A stretch of DNA of 49,452 nucleotides from NCBI GenBank assembly GCA_008632985.1, contig QPGO01000347.1, forward strand, positions 1 to 49,452, written 5' to 3'. Positions 1 to 11,581 of this stretch are shown piece by piece. The notes beneath the pieces were generated by a model. It had not been told where the DNA came from. It saw only the letters and a program-made list of their open reading frames with translations, and ran no database searches. The stretch is from Psammoneis japonica (Eukaryota). Numbering within the stretch: the first letter of the stretch is position 1; each line of letters opens with the position of its first letter. Made by a program: the position numbers and the translations under genes.

Positions 1-963
1 GAGGAGGAGCAGCTTCACCAAAGCCACCCGCCTTTTTCCGTTTCACCTCCTTTAACTTTTTGCGAAAGCTAACTCCGGTATACGTCTCGGGCTTGTCCGT
101 CTTGTCCTTTTCCGGAACGACAACCAAGGACTCTTCCTGGGACGTGCCCTCGATAAACGATCGGCTTCGGGCTTCTTGCCTATAATATGACAGAAACAAT
201 CAATTTTGATCAGTACTTTGCAAGGAAAAATAATTCGTTGCTCGCAACCGTTTGCTTTTGTATTTCACTTACTCAGTCAAGTATGGATTTTTCCGAAGCT
301 GTTCTTCAATTTCCTTAATGCTGGGATCTCCAAAGACTTGTTCCGCCTTATCTTGGTCACCACGCATGCGTGCTTGTGTCCGAATGCTGGAATCACGTTT
401 GAGTTGCGCAAAGTACACATCGGACGAATTGGCAATCGAATCCGCATCGCGGTTGCGTCCAATCTTTCGACCCTGTGCATCCAAACCACCCTCATTTGCT
501 TGGCCGGAGGTGGAGGAACTTCGGCAGCGGCCTGTGGTTGCTGTTGTTTGGCAATAAATTCTCGAAACAAACGAGCCTGATCTTCAACCGATAAGTTCTC
601 CAAACCACCCGGTGCCACGGCTTCTTGTGGTGGTGGTGGCGGCGGTTCCACATAGGGTTCATACTGAGGAGGAGCAGCAACAGGTGGTGTCTGTGATGTA
701 CGAGACTGTGCCTGTTGCATCATTTCCTTGAATCGAGACCCTCCCTGTCCTTCCTCGTCTCCTTCGCCGTCATCACCTTCGGAAGAAGAAGAAGAAGAAG
801 AAGCACTGGAGCCTACAAGCGTATTCAGGAAATCGTCATTATCCCATCCGCTATTCACCCCAATTTTAATTGTTCGGCTTGGCAGAGGCGTCACAAAGCC
901 TAAAGCCGTGTTGCTCAGAATGCCAAGAGCACATGCCACCTTAAAGGCAGTATCTAAACGCAT
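1..963 (-). CDS. Putative plastid-targeted hypothetical protein (3' end runs off the window); intron 180..272; probable 1-nt frameshift near 490
   Basis: ATG at 963. Signal peptide followed by an ASAFAP-like junction (NTALG-FVTP), then acidic and Pro-rich low-complexity stretches. Adding one G to the GGG run near 490 joins ORF 277..963 to the frame of ORF 269..484 (GGLDAQGRKIGRNRDAD...). A GTAAGT donor at 272 and a TATAG acceptor at 180 give an in-frame exon 2 (EQEARSRSFIEGTSQEE...). Normal TpA/CpG content. Confidence 0.75.
782..803. repeat. (GAA)n microsatellite encoding the poly-Ser tract of the minus-strand gene
   Basis: gaagaagaagaagaagaagaag seen directly. Confidence 0.8.
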
Positions 964-1029
964 GTTCTTTTTAAAACGACTCTATGTGTGTGTCGTTAAT
1001 CTCTTTGTTTCACTTTTCGAAAGAGCACC

Positions 1030-1048
1030 GATGATGATGATGATGATG
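1030..1048. repeat. (GAT)n microsatellite upstream of the minus-strand gene
   Basis: gatgatgatgatgatgatg seen directly. Confidence 0.8.
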
Positions 1049-1560
1049 TCAATGGCGATGATGTTTATTGATGGCTGATGTGAGACAGCTGGATGTTCGT
1101 GTGTGTTTTCTTGTGCTCGCCGAATTTTGGATGGCGTGGGGCTGTTGGCGATCTTGGCAACGTACGATGTTTCCCATAATGACGTGTATTATAATTAAAA
1201 TGCATGATTAGGATAAAAGCTGATTATTTAAAACGTCGTAATGGATTGTGCGAACACCAGATTAACGGTTTGGCCACCTTGAGCAGTTTCCCGGCAAAAT
1301 CGCAGCGACGAACAGACGAGGAGGGGGGAAAGAAATAAAAAAAATCAAAAGCATCAACGATGCGAAAGTGCGATGATCGAAGATCCTGCGCTTCTCTCGC
1401 ACTTCAGTTTCAGTTACCCCTTTGTAGTGCTGAGGTTTATGTTAAATTGAAAGGGACGTCTGGAACAAAGAAGTTGCAACTTTGAGTACTTCTAAGAAGC
1501 ACACAGAGCATCAGACAACAAGAAGATCAGCGTAGAAGCAAAAGCGTCGTAAAACATAAA

Positions 1561-3625
1561 ATGTATACCGGAAATCGTGCGCTAGTGTTGGGTGGCGCGC
1601 TTCTCATCCTTCTGGGAGTTGTGGTGCGCTTCAATGTCGACAGCAACGTTAAGGGGGCTTCGGGTTTGCTGAGCCTTCGATCTACTACCGATAGGCACCG
1701 GAAAAAGATAAACAAGCACGTGAACTCGAACTGCGTTTACAGCGTTTCAGCGTTTGATCGGACGGCCAGGCGGCAGTCGGAACCCCGTTCCAACAGCTGT
1801 CTCGAGTCCAACGCCGACCTGTTGACACACCTCGTGTCGCAATCCGGTGCTGCCGTCAACGACCCGAACGTCACTGCCGTCATCGCGATCAGCGTCGTTG
1901 ATCGTCAAAAAATTCAGATGATTGAATCACTGGCACTCGTCGCTGACGAGTTTCTTACGCCACGTATGGACTGGCGCATCATGGCGGAGCGATTCTTAGT
2001 AGTCAAGGAGAAGGCCTCTGTCTCGGATGAAACTAGAAACACCACGGGCAGTGATGCTACGGAGGCAAAACCTATCGCTGAACAGTCAAGACTCTTGTTG
2101 GACCCGGCTGCGTATGCGTCGGCTGAAAGCGGTACATTCGCAGACCCTTTCGTCTCTGCGATTCACATCCTGCGTGACAAGGCAAGTGGCGGGACGTTGG
2201 ACGAATCGATTCATGTCGATCTGATCCTTGTTCGAGTATTGGAGGAGAAACTGGCAGCGTTTGCCGATGCCTTGCGGCGCTTCCAGTTCCCACAGGCACT
2301 CCCATTGATGAAGGCGAGGATAGTGAGTGTGACGCGGGTTTGGCAATAAACAAGGGGCGGACCTGGGTCAAATACGGCGGCTACAAGGACTTTCTTGGAG
2401 CGTGGACCGTAACGAGTGCCGGTTCGCTTGCCCAATCTATCGAAAGGGGCTTTCCCTTTATCCGCGTCTCACCTGTTCAGTGGGCTCGAACGTACCATTT
2501 TGATACCTGCAGCGCCGAAACGGTTGCTGCGATCGATCCTGAGCTTGGCATTGTGAATGGCCTGGACTGCGGCTTTCTCCCCATTCATGGCGGGACCTGC
2601 CTACACGACCGAGTCGATCCCTCGCTCAAGTGCATGAGCGAGTTTAGGATGGGGAGCCTTATGCATGTCATCCTTCCGAAGAATGGCATCCCTGAAGGGG
2701 TTTGTCTGTCGAGCCGCAAAGAAGCCCCACCATACAGTGCAACTAACCTTTATGGTGACCCTGCTCAGCCATTCATCGATTGGTGCCCATCGTGTCAACC
2801 ATTTGGCTATATAAGCAACCGGACGATCACTCCAAAACTCTTGTCGGATCCGTCTGCACCAATGGGATTTGGCGAGATGGAAGAGGTGGACATGGCGTCC
2901 ATCAACACGCACATGCCCACCTGCACTATGGAGCTCAAAGGCCTCACGTGCGGGGACGATGGCAGACCCTGCTGCTGGAACGAAGTGAGCATTTCGCAAG
3001 ATGTCCTTGGGAGTCACAACGGAACTGCTGAAAAGCTGTCACGGGCGTTTTACCCCAGTATCTTCAACCTGTATCTTGTCCGTTTCAATCGGTCTAGTAG
3101 GAATCGCATCGCCCGCCTTTATCATCCACGCTTGTCAGCCATGATTGCTCGCGGGGTTGGATGGGAGTCAGCCTTGGCAACCGGACGCTGCGCGACTCTG
3201 CACATTCGTCGAGGCGACAATATGGACCGGTGCAAGAGTGGAGAGAAATTCTTTTGTAGCATGAACCTAACGCTTGCGGACTACATGGAGAGGCCGCACC
3301 AATGCTCGACCAGCTCGGTGATGCCAAGCACGTCTTTGTCATGACGGACGATCCGGCCGTTGCCGATAAGAAGCGACAAGCACCCTTTCTGAACGATGGA
3401 TATTTCATTGAGGTCATTTCTGGATATAATCAGTATAGCGAGGAGACCTACAATGACTGGGACCCGTTCATTGAGAGTCTCCACGGAGCCCAGTTTTGCC
3501 GAGCCTTTGTTGGGCACCACATTTCGACGGTTTCCGCGCTTGTCTTTAGAAGCATTTGCGTGAGATGGGGCGAGTGCCCCTTGACTGACGACTTTAGTGG
3601 CAGACGTGGCGTTGCCTGGCAGTGA
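1561..3625 (+). CDS. Fucosyltransferase-like (GT-B; GT23/GT11/O-FucT superfamily) type II membrane protein, copy 1; two apparent 1-nt frameshifts (~2290, ~3290)
   Basis: N-terminal TM anchor (ALVLGGALLILLGVVV), stem, and C-terminal motifs LHIRRGD, VFVMTDDP and FVGHHISTVS that match fucosyltransferase motifs I-III. ORFs 1561..2349, 2340..3344 and 3302..3625 are collinear with the uninterrupted paralog 9383..11581. TpA and CpG are unmutated. Confidence 0.75.
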
Positions 3626-6600
3626 CAGAAATATGATCCCACTTCTGCATATGAAGATTTGTCTTGGTTTTTTCCAACCTTTTCCCTGCAATTGTTGCGG
3701 TCGCGGCACTGCCTCAGTGATGAGACGATTCTTTGGGAGTCACTCCTCTCACAATTGCAAACTTGTGTGTTGGCTCGCTAAAGAGGCCAATTCATTTAAA
3801 AACAACGCAGTTTTGAATGTTGAGTATGACACCATAGTTGCGTCTCTCACGTGCACGTGCCGTCATTTGTAAGACAAGTGTCGACACTCGTTTACGTAGC
3901 TGACGGCAAACACGCGCCTTTTTCTCAGACTGGAGTGGTCTGTTGAGGCCACAGTCCAATCTAAAAAGGTATGGTGCAGTGAAACAATGTGCCATCTGAG
4001 AGTTGATGGGAGTGCGTCAAACGAGCAAAGCAGCATGGTGCTGTGTCTGGGGTGGGGGGTCACCACTTGGTGGCTCCAAATGTGTTGTTTGTGCCGCTCC
4101 CATTGGCACCGCTGATCCACTCACCAAATTGTGGCCTGATGGTTTTCATCATTGTCTTTGGATCAAGAATGCCACACCATCTGAATGCTGCCACTTGACT
4201 GCAGCAGCAATTGGACAAGTTGGTGGCTTCCGTGCATTGCATGCACGCTTGGTCTTGTTTTGTTTGGGCATGAGCTTTTTTGGCTGACAAAAGCATGCCA
4301 AGTTTTGTTCAAATTCTTGCACTTGCATTTTTCGTGGGCACCTCTTCCTGACACCACCAAGAATTTGCCATGGTTTGATCCCAAGACATCTCTCATGTCA
4401 AGATTTTCAAACACACGCAGCTCAACGAGGGTGCATGAATGACCAGCTTGTTGCACCCAAATGATGAACATTTGCAGTGCATGCAAAGTGACGAGCCAGT
4501 CCTGCCAAAGCTGAAGAAACAGCCGTTGACAAGTTTTGCTTTTTAGAGCCAATCTTTGCAGCAACCATTTTGTCTTTGTGCTGTGAGGGGCACTCTTTTT
4601 TGGAGCCTTTGTCCCTGGCGCCAAACACAGCAGTTCTGCATTTTGATTTTTCTCTTCATTCAAGGCTGTTTGCAAAACAAGATCATGGGTGCACTGCACC
4701 CATGAGTGGCAGAGACATTTCCACTGCTCCAGCAGCTGCAACACAGGAGCTCAGTCAATTTCATGAGGTTGGTGCTTCCAACACCAAGGTTGCATTCATG
4801 CCCAAGTGCAAACTGGATTCTTGTCATGTGAGCACAGGCAGAGCAAGGCACTTTTGCACCACCCCGCCCCCTGTCTCTGAAGAGGAGCACGTCCCTGATC
4901 TCACCACAGAGCACAATTGTGCTGTTGCCACCAATCATTTCCTCAGCATCAATTTTTGGAGCACAGTGCATCTGATGAACAACCCCAAGCATCGGTCACA
5001 ACAGCTGCATTTTCAGCTCTTTTGCAATTTTTTCCTGTGCTGTTGTTTGCAAGAAACAAGCTTTGAGTGCTCCTGCTTTGCACAGCTGCAAGCAGCCACC
5101 CACAAGGCCTCATCAGCATGGTGCTGGCAAATTCAAACAGCCGGGTCAGCTCTGCACTCTTGGTGTGTTTTTGTTGCACCAGTTGCCAGACCCCAAAGTG
5201 CGCCATTTTGTGCTGTGCCAGTGTGTCAGCACATTGTTTGCACTCAGCACACCCATCACATCCTGCTTGTTTCTTTTTTGCAGCTTTTTGATTTGTTGCA
5301 AGGTGTGTGGTGGTGACACTCAAAAAGATGCTTGCACTCACTCTCCAAATCTGAAACCCACAAACCTTGTTTGTGGTTTGTGTTGCAATTGATGGCACAC
5401 AGTGCAAGGCACAAACTTTGGCATCAACCTTGGCGCCAATCAGCAGTTTTGCCATTGGCCAGTGCATGTGTTCTTCCAAGGCCACCCAGAATCTGATGTC
5501 CTGTGGGAGAGCAGCATGTCAGCAGTGTGCAGTCAGATGTGCAAAATCGCTGTTTCAGAACATGGCTCACAACAATGCCCTGTGCAACCTGCTGCAATCA
5601 AGATGTGTTTGAGCTGCTTGGCAAAGTGCTTCAAATGCTGTGATTCAAAGACTGCCTCCTTTTAAGCACCTTGGTTTGTGTGCTGAATTTGATGGCAATC
5701 ACATCTGCCAAGAGTGCAGCAGCTCAGCTGTGGTTGCATGCCACAGCTGTGTTGATCATGCACTTGCTTTGCACAGATGGAAACTCCTGCCACCAATGAA
5801 TCCCTGCTCAAGATTACAAAGCTGCTTTGCTGCCCATTGACTTGGCATCTGCAAAGGACTCTGAAGTTGGTCCTGAACAGGGCTTGCCAGAACATGATGA
5901 GTTTGGCCAGGTCCTGTGGGCTCACCTGCTGCAACTCACTTGGTGAGATGTTGAGTGCTTGCTGTGTCATCATCTGCTGTTGCCTTGACATTGGCAATGC
6001 TGTCATGACCTTGTCTGGGTTTGTCTCTGCTCCTGCCCCAGTCCATTGCTCCACTTCAACTGAAAGGTGTTGCCCCAAGTGTCTTTCTTGTCTCAAGCAT
6101 TGGAGTCAGCCAGCTGCTAGAAGCCAGCTTGCAATCTGAACTTGCCCTCACATCTGTTTCTTGGACACACTGTTGCTGATCTAATGTGCCTGCTCTTCCC
6201 ATGTTGCCATTTGCTTGCATGAACTGCTCACTCTCTTGGATGCAGCTCTGGGCCAGTCTTGGCAGAGATGGCTCACTCACAGCTGATGTGCAACACCCCA
6301 TGCTCAACGGAATGCGCATGGTGAGTTTTGTGCACACACTCAAAATGTTGCTCATTTGTTTCACGCATCTTTGGGCACTTTTCATGCAAGGGATGACATC
6401 ACAAGCATCTGGCATGGTGTCTGGTGGCAGCCACAATTGGCACATCTGAGCCACCCTTTTGGGGCTGGCATGTGCAGCTGTTGCTCACAAAGCAAGCAAG
6501 CAGCAAAAGCAACTGCAGTGAAGTCAATGCATCAAGAAGAACACACTGCCTTGCTGCCTGTTTGCCAAGAAGGGCACACATTGAGTGTGTCATTGTCTCC

Positions 6601-6852
6601 TCCAACCTCGTGGGAGTGTGGGGTTGGTTGTCACACAATGGTCACAAGCTTTCCTCTCTCACTCTCCTTTCTAGAAACTCAGCAGCAAGGAAAGATGCAA
6701 AAGCCAACCAAGGCAGCCCATTGCAAATCACATGGTTGACTTTGGCATGACACCATGCTTGTCTTGGCACACAGAATGCTGACAGATGTCATCAACATTG
6801 CAGAAGACCTCATTGAGACCCCAACACAGGCAAGTCCTGGAAGCACAACAAA

Positions 6853-7847
6853 CAAACCAGAAATCAATTTTACTGCTGCCTTGCTGCTGCCCACACCAAC
6901 ACCAACCACAGTGGACCCATGTTCCCCAGTGCCCACAAAGGGCGGCAGGGACAATTTTGAACACTGTCAAACACTGTCAGAAAGACAATGTCATTGACAC
7001 ATTGTCCAAAGGCAATGCCATCAATGCATCATCAGAAAGAGGCTGTTTGTTTTAAGTCATGACAGCAACCAACCGGATGCTTCTTACATGGCAACCCCAG
7101 TTGCTGTGCCTCAAAGAATGGACAAGCCCAGCCACACCGCTTTGGAGACACCAAAATGAACACTGCAGAAAACCAAACACGTGTCCATCTCTGAAGACAA
7201 CATGCTTGAAGAGATGTGAGAGAAATTCCTGGGATGAAAAACACCCAAGAAAGTCCAACATGGACCCCAACAAAGAAAAGGAAATGATGATTGGAATCAT
7301 CAGATGGAATTTCCGTCATGTGTAGAATTGCACAGAAATTGTGCACTGAAGCTGCAACATCAAAGTGCAAGAGAAGCAACAGCGAGACTTGGAAATGCCA
7401 GCCACTTGGAAGACTTGTGATGACCCACTTTGGAGCACCATAGAACATCCATCTTGAACTGCAGCACATTGGAAAGAAAACTCAAAGGAAGTGCGTTGGT
7501 GAGAAGAACAAGAGAATGAACCTGACACAGTCGTTGACTCGAAATTCTGGCCAAACGCGTAGAATTGCACATGAAATTTGCACTGAAACAACTGACTTGG
7601 CAGTTGCTGAATTGCGCAGAATTTAACGTAGAAAACATGCTGACTTCGGGAAAGAAAATGCAAAGAGACACAACACCATGGTGGTGCCGCTCCCCTGAAC
7701 GTAGACACAACAGAGTGTCCCCTCCGATGCCATTTGGTTTCTCTGTCATTGGCGCAACTGCCTGACATCCCAAAGTGCCCGAGGAGGTTGGCATGCCACC
7801 ACACTCTCACACAGGACAATCCTGCTGGCACTTGCACAGAATTGTGC
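6853..7847. mobile_element. ~1-kb insertion specific to spacer copy A, flanked by a 17-bp target-site duplication
   Basis: CCTGGAAGCACAACAAA at 6836..6852 and 7848..7864. Copies B (~17120) and C (~37730) carry a single site with no insert. Confidence 0.7.
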
Positions 7848-9109
7848 CCTGGAAGCACAACAAATTGCCAACTGTCCCTCCCTTGGACAGCTGTTTGTCT
7901 TGGGTTGGGGGTGCTCAAGGCAGACCTCCAGAGCATCCACAAAACAGCCCCAAGTTTGCAGTTTCCAGAAAAAAAGGCAAGTGCCTTTTGTGCCTCAGTG
8001 CAAAACGATCCTCTTTGACACCACACTGAGCCAGATTGTCTCTGCCACAGGTTGTGCTGCTCTGGTTTTGACACAAAGTCTGGGACAGGCTGCTGAGAAA
8101 TTTGCGTTCCTTGTCCATCTGGGCAGGAGCCAACATCACAGCTTTTGTGAAAAATGATCTGTGGTGTGCACCCCTTTTCCTGGCCACAACCTTTGTCATT
8201 GCGTGCACATCATGCCAAACAAGAGCAGAGCTTTCACAGTTTGAGCCCTGCAGCATGGGCTTTGCAAGCGCCCTTGCATGCAAAAAAAGAGCAGCCGTGT
8301 GCAGCACTTGACCAGCTTGTTTCTGGGTTTGCACCCTGCATCATTTCTTGGGATGCTGGCCTTTGCTGGCACAAAAATGAGGCAGGTGGCAACTGCCACA
8401 GAGGCAAGGTGAAAGAGGTTGGTTTTGAACATCATTCTTGGTGGTTGGAGCAAGCCTTGCCTCGCAGTGCAAAGAGAAGATGGGGGAGCTGTGCACGTGG
8501 CTCAGGAACACATCTTCTGGGTTTTTCTTTTATGAGCATTTTTTGTTGTTTGGTGGAGAACTGCCCAGTGCATGTGTGTGAGCAAACCATGTGCTCCTGC
8601 ACTGCCCAGTGGCACAGAGTGGATGGCAGAAAGCACTGCAGAGAGCAAAGCTCCTCTTGGGGCGGGCTGCAGTCGATGGAGCAGCAAGCCGAGCATGTGG
8701 TTTCACAGAGCAGCAGTTTTCGTCAGCGAGGGACTTTCTTGGCAATGGTGAGCTGATGCTTTAAAAGCCTCATCGTGCTGGGGTGGCAGCATGGTGGGTG
8801 AGGCCAAAACGGGCAGAGATGTGGTGTGGTGCTGGTCTTGGTGGCGGCCATGGCACCAGCGGGTGGGAAGAGGCCGGGTGGGGAAGCTGGGCATGGGCAC
8901 AGGCAGAGTGCACAGATGGGTGTTGGAAGGAGGACTCTGATGTTCAGGGCAGAGCAGGCGGGGCGGGGATGGGTGTTCTTGGTTAGATCCGAAGAGGCGG
9001 TGAGCGAAGCAGGGGTGCGTTTCCTTCTCGTTTTTTACGTTCACGATCAACCAAAAAGATTTGTGATTCATCATGCCGGCATTTGTCCACAAAGTAGAAA
9101 GCACGACTG

Positions 9110-9382
9110 ATGTTTGACGAAGAATTCCTGGACAGTGTTCTGAAGTAAGTACACTGGACAGCAAAATGACTTTCCGAGTGTGATGTTTTGTCCTCACTGG
9201 TGTCGCCGGGCACCGGGCGCGGTGTTGAGTAAATCCATGAGAGCGGCGATCACCGCTCGTGCTTGCCTCAGGTTTAAGGGCCTGCCTTTGCCAGAACAAA
9301 GCGATTCCACCGCACTTCTAAGGATCACACGGAGCGTCAGAAGACGTTCGCCAGAATTGAAACAGCCAAGGAATCAAAAAGC
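9110..9382 (+). promoter_or_regulatory. Conserved upstream module shared by GT copies 2, 4 and 5 (putative promoter/5' UTR)
   Basis: 'tggaca(g/c)caaaatgac...ccagaacaa...gagc(a/g)tcagaaga...ccagaatt...acag' recurs at ~31870..32121 and ~38810..39081. Function is inferred from position only. Confidence 0.45.
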
Positions 9383-11581
9383 ATGTGCCGGCATGCCGCG
9401 AAACGTTCCTTGGCGGTGTGTTGCGCACTTCTCATCATCCTGGGAGTTGTGGTGCGCTTCAATGTCGACAGCGACGTTGACGAGGTTCGAGATGGACTGA
9501 GCAACCGGTCAACCGACAGGCCCACTAACCTTCAGCACCAGCAAGAAAGGGAGAAGAAGGAAGAAAAGGTCGATGGCTTTGAGTTGAATGAGGATGTGAC
9601 TGTGAACTCAAACTGCGTTTACAGCGTTTCCGCTTTCGACCGGATGGGCCAACTGCAGTCAGAACCACTTTCCAACAGTTGCCTCGAGTCAAACACTGAC
9701 TTGCTGGCTCACCTCACTTCCCTTTCTAGCACTGCCGTGGACAATTCACAGGCTGCCGCCGTCATCGCGATCACCATCGTTGATCGCGAGAAAATTCAGA
9801 TGATCGAATCACTGGGGCTGGTTGCGGACGAGTTTCTTACCCCCCGCATGGACTGGCGCATAATGGCGGAGCGATTTGCAGTCAAGGAGGAGTCTTCTGG
9901 TGTTCACTCTGCTGCATCTGGGAACAAAACGAGCAGCGGTGACATTGGGAAGGCAAAGCCAGCTGAACTTTCTCAGTCACGACTCTTGTTGGACCCGTCA
10001 GCCTGTGCACCGGGCGCAAGCGGAACATTCGCAGACCCTTTCATTGCAGCGATCCGCACGCTGCGTGATGACGCGAGTGGCAGAGCGCTGTCAGGGAGCG
10101 GGAACAAGAACAGAAACGTTGCAAATGCCATGGACGGGAATTCAAACTTTGTTGACGCTTCGATTCATGTCGATTTGATTCTTGTTCGAGTCTTGGAGGA
10201 AAAACTGGCAGCATTCGCCGATGCCTTAAGGCGCTTTCAGTTCCCCAAAGGCACTTCCATCGATGAAGGCTGGGATGGTGAGTGTGCCGCCGGTTTGGAA
10301 ATAAACAAGGGGCGGACCTGGGTCAAGTATGGCGGCCAGCAGGACTTTCTTGGAGCGTGGACTGTAACCAGTGCCAGATCCCTTGCCCAATCCATCGCAA
10401 GGGGCTTTCCCTTTATCCGCGTCTCACCTGTTCAGTGGGCACGAACGCACCATTTTGATGCCTGCAGTGCCGAAACGGTTGCTGCGATCGATCCTGAGCT
10501 TGGCATTGTGAATGGCTTAGACTGCGGCTTCCTTCCCATTTACGGCGGGACCTGCCTGCACGACCGAGTCGATCCCTCGCTCAAGTGCATGAGCGAATTT
10601 AAGATGGGGAGCCCAGTGCATGTCGTCCTTCCGAAGAACGGCATCCCCAAAAAGGTCTGCCGATTGAGCCATGAGCAAGCCCCGCCATGCAATGCAACTA
10701 ACCTTTGCGGTGGCCCTGCCCAGCCGTTCATCGATTGGTGCCCATCGTGTCAGCCATTTGGCTGTGAAAGCAACCGGACGATCACGCCAAAGCTCTTGTC
10801 AAATCCGTCAGCACCAAAGGGCTTTGGTGAGTTGAACAGAAGGGACATGAAGACGACAAACAAGAGGACGCCCACCTGCACGATGGAGCTCAAAGGCCCA
10901 AAGTGCAGAGACGATGGCAGACCCTGCTGTTGGGACGAAGTGAGCATTTCGCAAGACGTCCTTGGGAGCCACAACGGAACGGCTGAAAAGATGTCACGGG
11001 AGCTCTTCAACAGCGTCCTCAACAGCCATCTTGTCCAATTTAATCGGTCTAGCAGGGATCGCATCGCCCGCCTTTATCATCCACGTTTGTCGGCCATGAT
11101 CACCCGCGGGGTCGGATGGGAGAATGCCCTTGCAACAGGGCAGTGCGCTACGTTGCACATTCGCCGCGGGGACAACATGGACCGATGCAAGAAAGGAGAG
11201 AAGCTGTTTTGTAGCATGGACCTCACGCTCGCAGACTGCATGGAGAAGGCCGCCCCGATGCTTGCCCAGCTCGGTGGCGCCAAGCACGTCTTTGTCATGA
11301 CCGACGATCCAGAGGTTGCCAATGAGAAGAAGCAGGTGCCCTGGCCACAAAAGGGTTGTTTTATCGAAGTGATTTCTGGACATGACCAGTGTGGCGAGGA
11401 GACCTGTGGTGACTGGGACCCATTCATTGAGAGTCTCCACGGCGCTCAGTTCTGTCGAGCATTTGTTGGGCACCACATTTCGACTGTGTCCGCGCTTGTC
11501 TTTAGAAGCATCTGCACGAGATGGGGTGAGTGCCCCATTGCTGATGACTTCAGTGGTGAACGTGGCCTTGTCTGGCAATGA
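9383..11581 (+). CDS. Fucosyltransferase-like paralog, copy 2; open 732-aa ORF but TpA-hypermutated (Tyr->Cys/His), possibly a young pseudogene
   Basis: Same anchor and HIRRGD/FVMTDD motifs. Only 4 Tyr remain. Example: GYFIEVISGYNQYSEETYND (copies 1/4) reads GCFIEVISGHDQCGEETCGD here. Confidence 0.75.
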   Translation: MCRHAAKRSLAVCCALLIILGVVVRFNVDSDVDEVRDGLSNRSTDRPTNLQHQQEREKKEEKVDGFELNEDVTVNSNCVYSVSAFDRMGQLQSEPLSNSCLESNTDLLAHLTSLSSTAVDNSQAAAVIAITIVDREKIQMIESLGLVADEFLTPRMDWRIMAERFAVKEESSGVHSAASGNKTSSGDIGKAKPAELSQSRLLLDPSACAPGASGTFADPFIAAIRTLRDDASGRALSGSGNKNRNVANAMDGNSNFVDASIHVDLILVRVLEEKLAAFADALRRFQFPKGTSIDEGWDGECAAGLEINKGRTWVKYGGQQDFLGAWTVTSARSLAQSIARGFPFIRVSPVQWARTHHFDACSAETVAAIDPELGIVNGLDCGFLPIYGGTCLHDRVDPSLKCMSEFKMGSPVHVVLPKNGIPKKVCRLSHEQAPPCNATNLCGGPAQPFIDWCPSCQPFGCESNRTITPKLLSNPSAPKGFGELNRRDMKTTNKRTPTCTMELKGPKCRDDGRPCCWDEVSISQDVLGSHNGTAEKMSRELFNSVLNSHLVQFNRSSRDRIARLYHPRLSAMITRGVGWENALATGQCATLHIRRGDNMDRCKKGEKLFCSMDLTLADCMEKAAPMLAQLGGAKHVFVMTDDPEVANEKKQVPWPQKGCFIEVISGHDQCGEETCGDWDPFIESLHGAQFCRAFVGHHISTVSALVFRSICTRWGECPIADDFSGERGLVWQ

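Larger units (their letters stand above)
3626..9382. repeat. Decayed spacer block S, copy A (segmental duplication; homologous to ~13321..17790 and 34243..39081)
   Basis: Collinear shared strings, e.g. 'ccacagtccaatctaaaa', 'ccactcaccaaattgtggcctgatggttttcatcattgtctttgga', 'gaagcacaacaaattgcca', occur in all three copies. Strongly TpA- and CpG-depleted beyond ~3970. Confidence 0.9.

Noticed and set aside
4003..9300. Dozens of 60-250-aa ORFs on both strands (likewise in 11700..18100, 28900..31800, 34600..39000 and 47000..49200)
   Set aside because: They are Cys/His-rich, Tyr-free by-products of TAA/TAG loss in decayed duplicated DNA. Frames are not conserved between copies.
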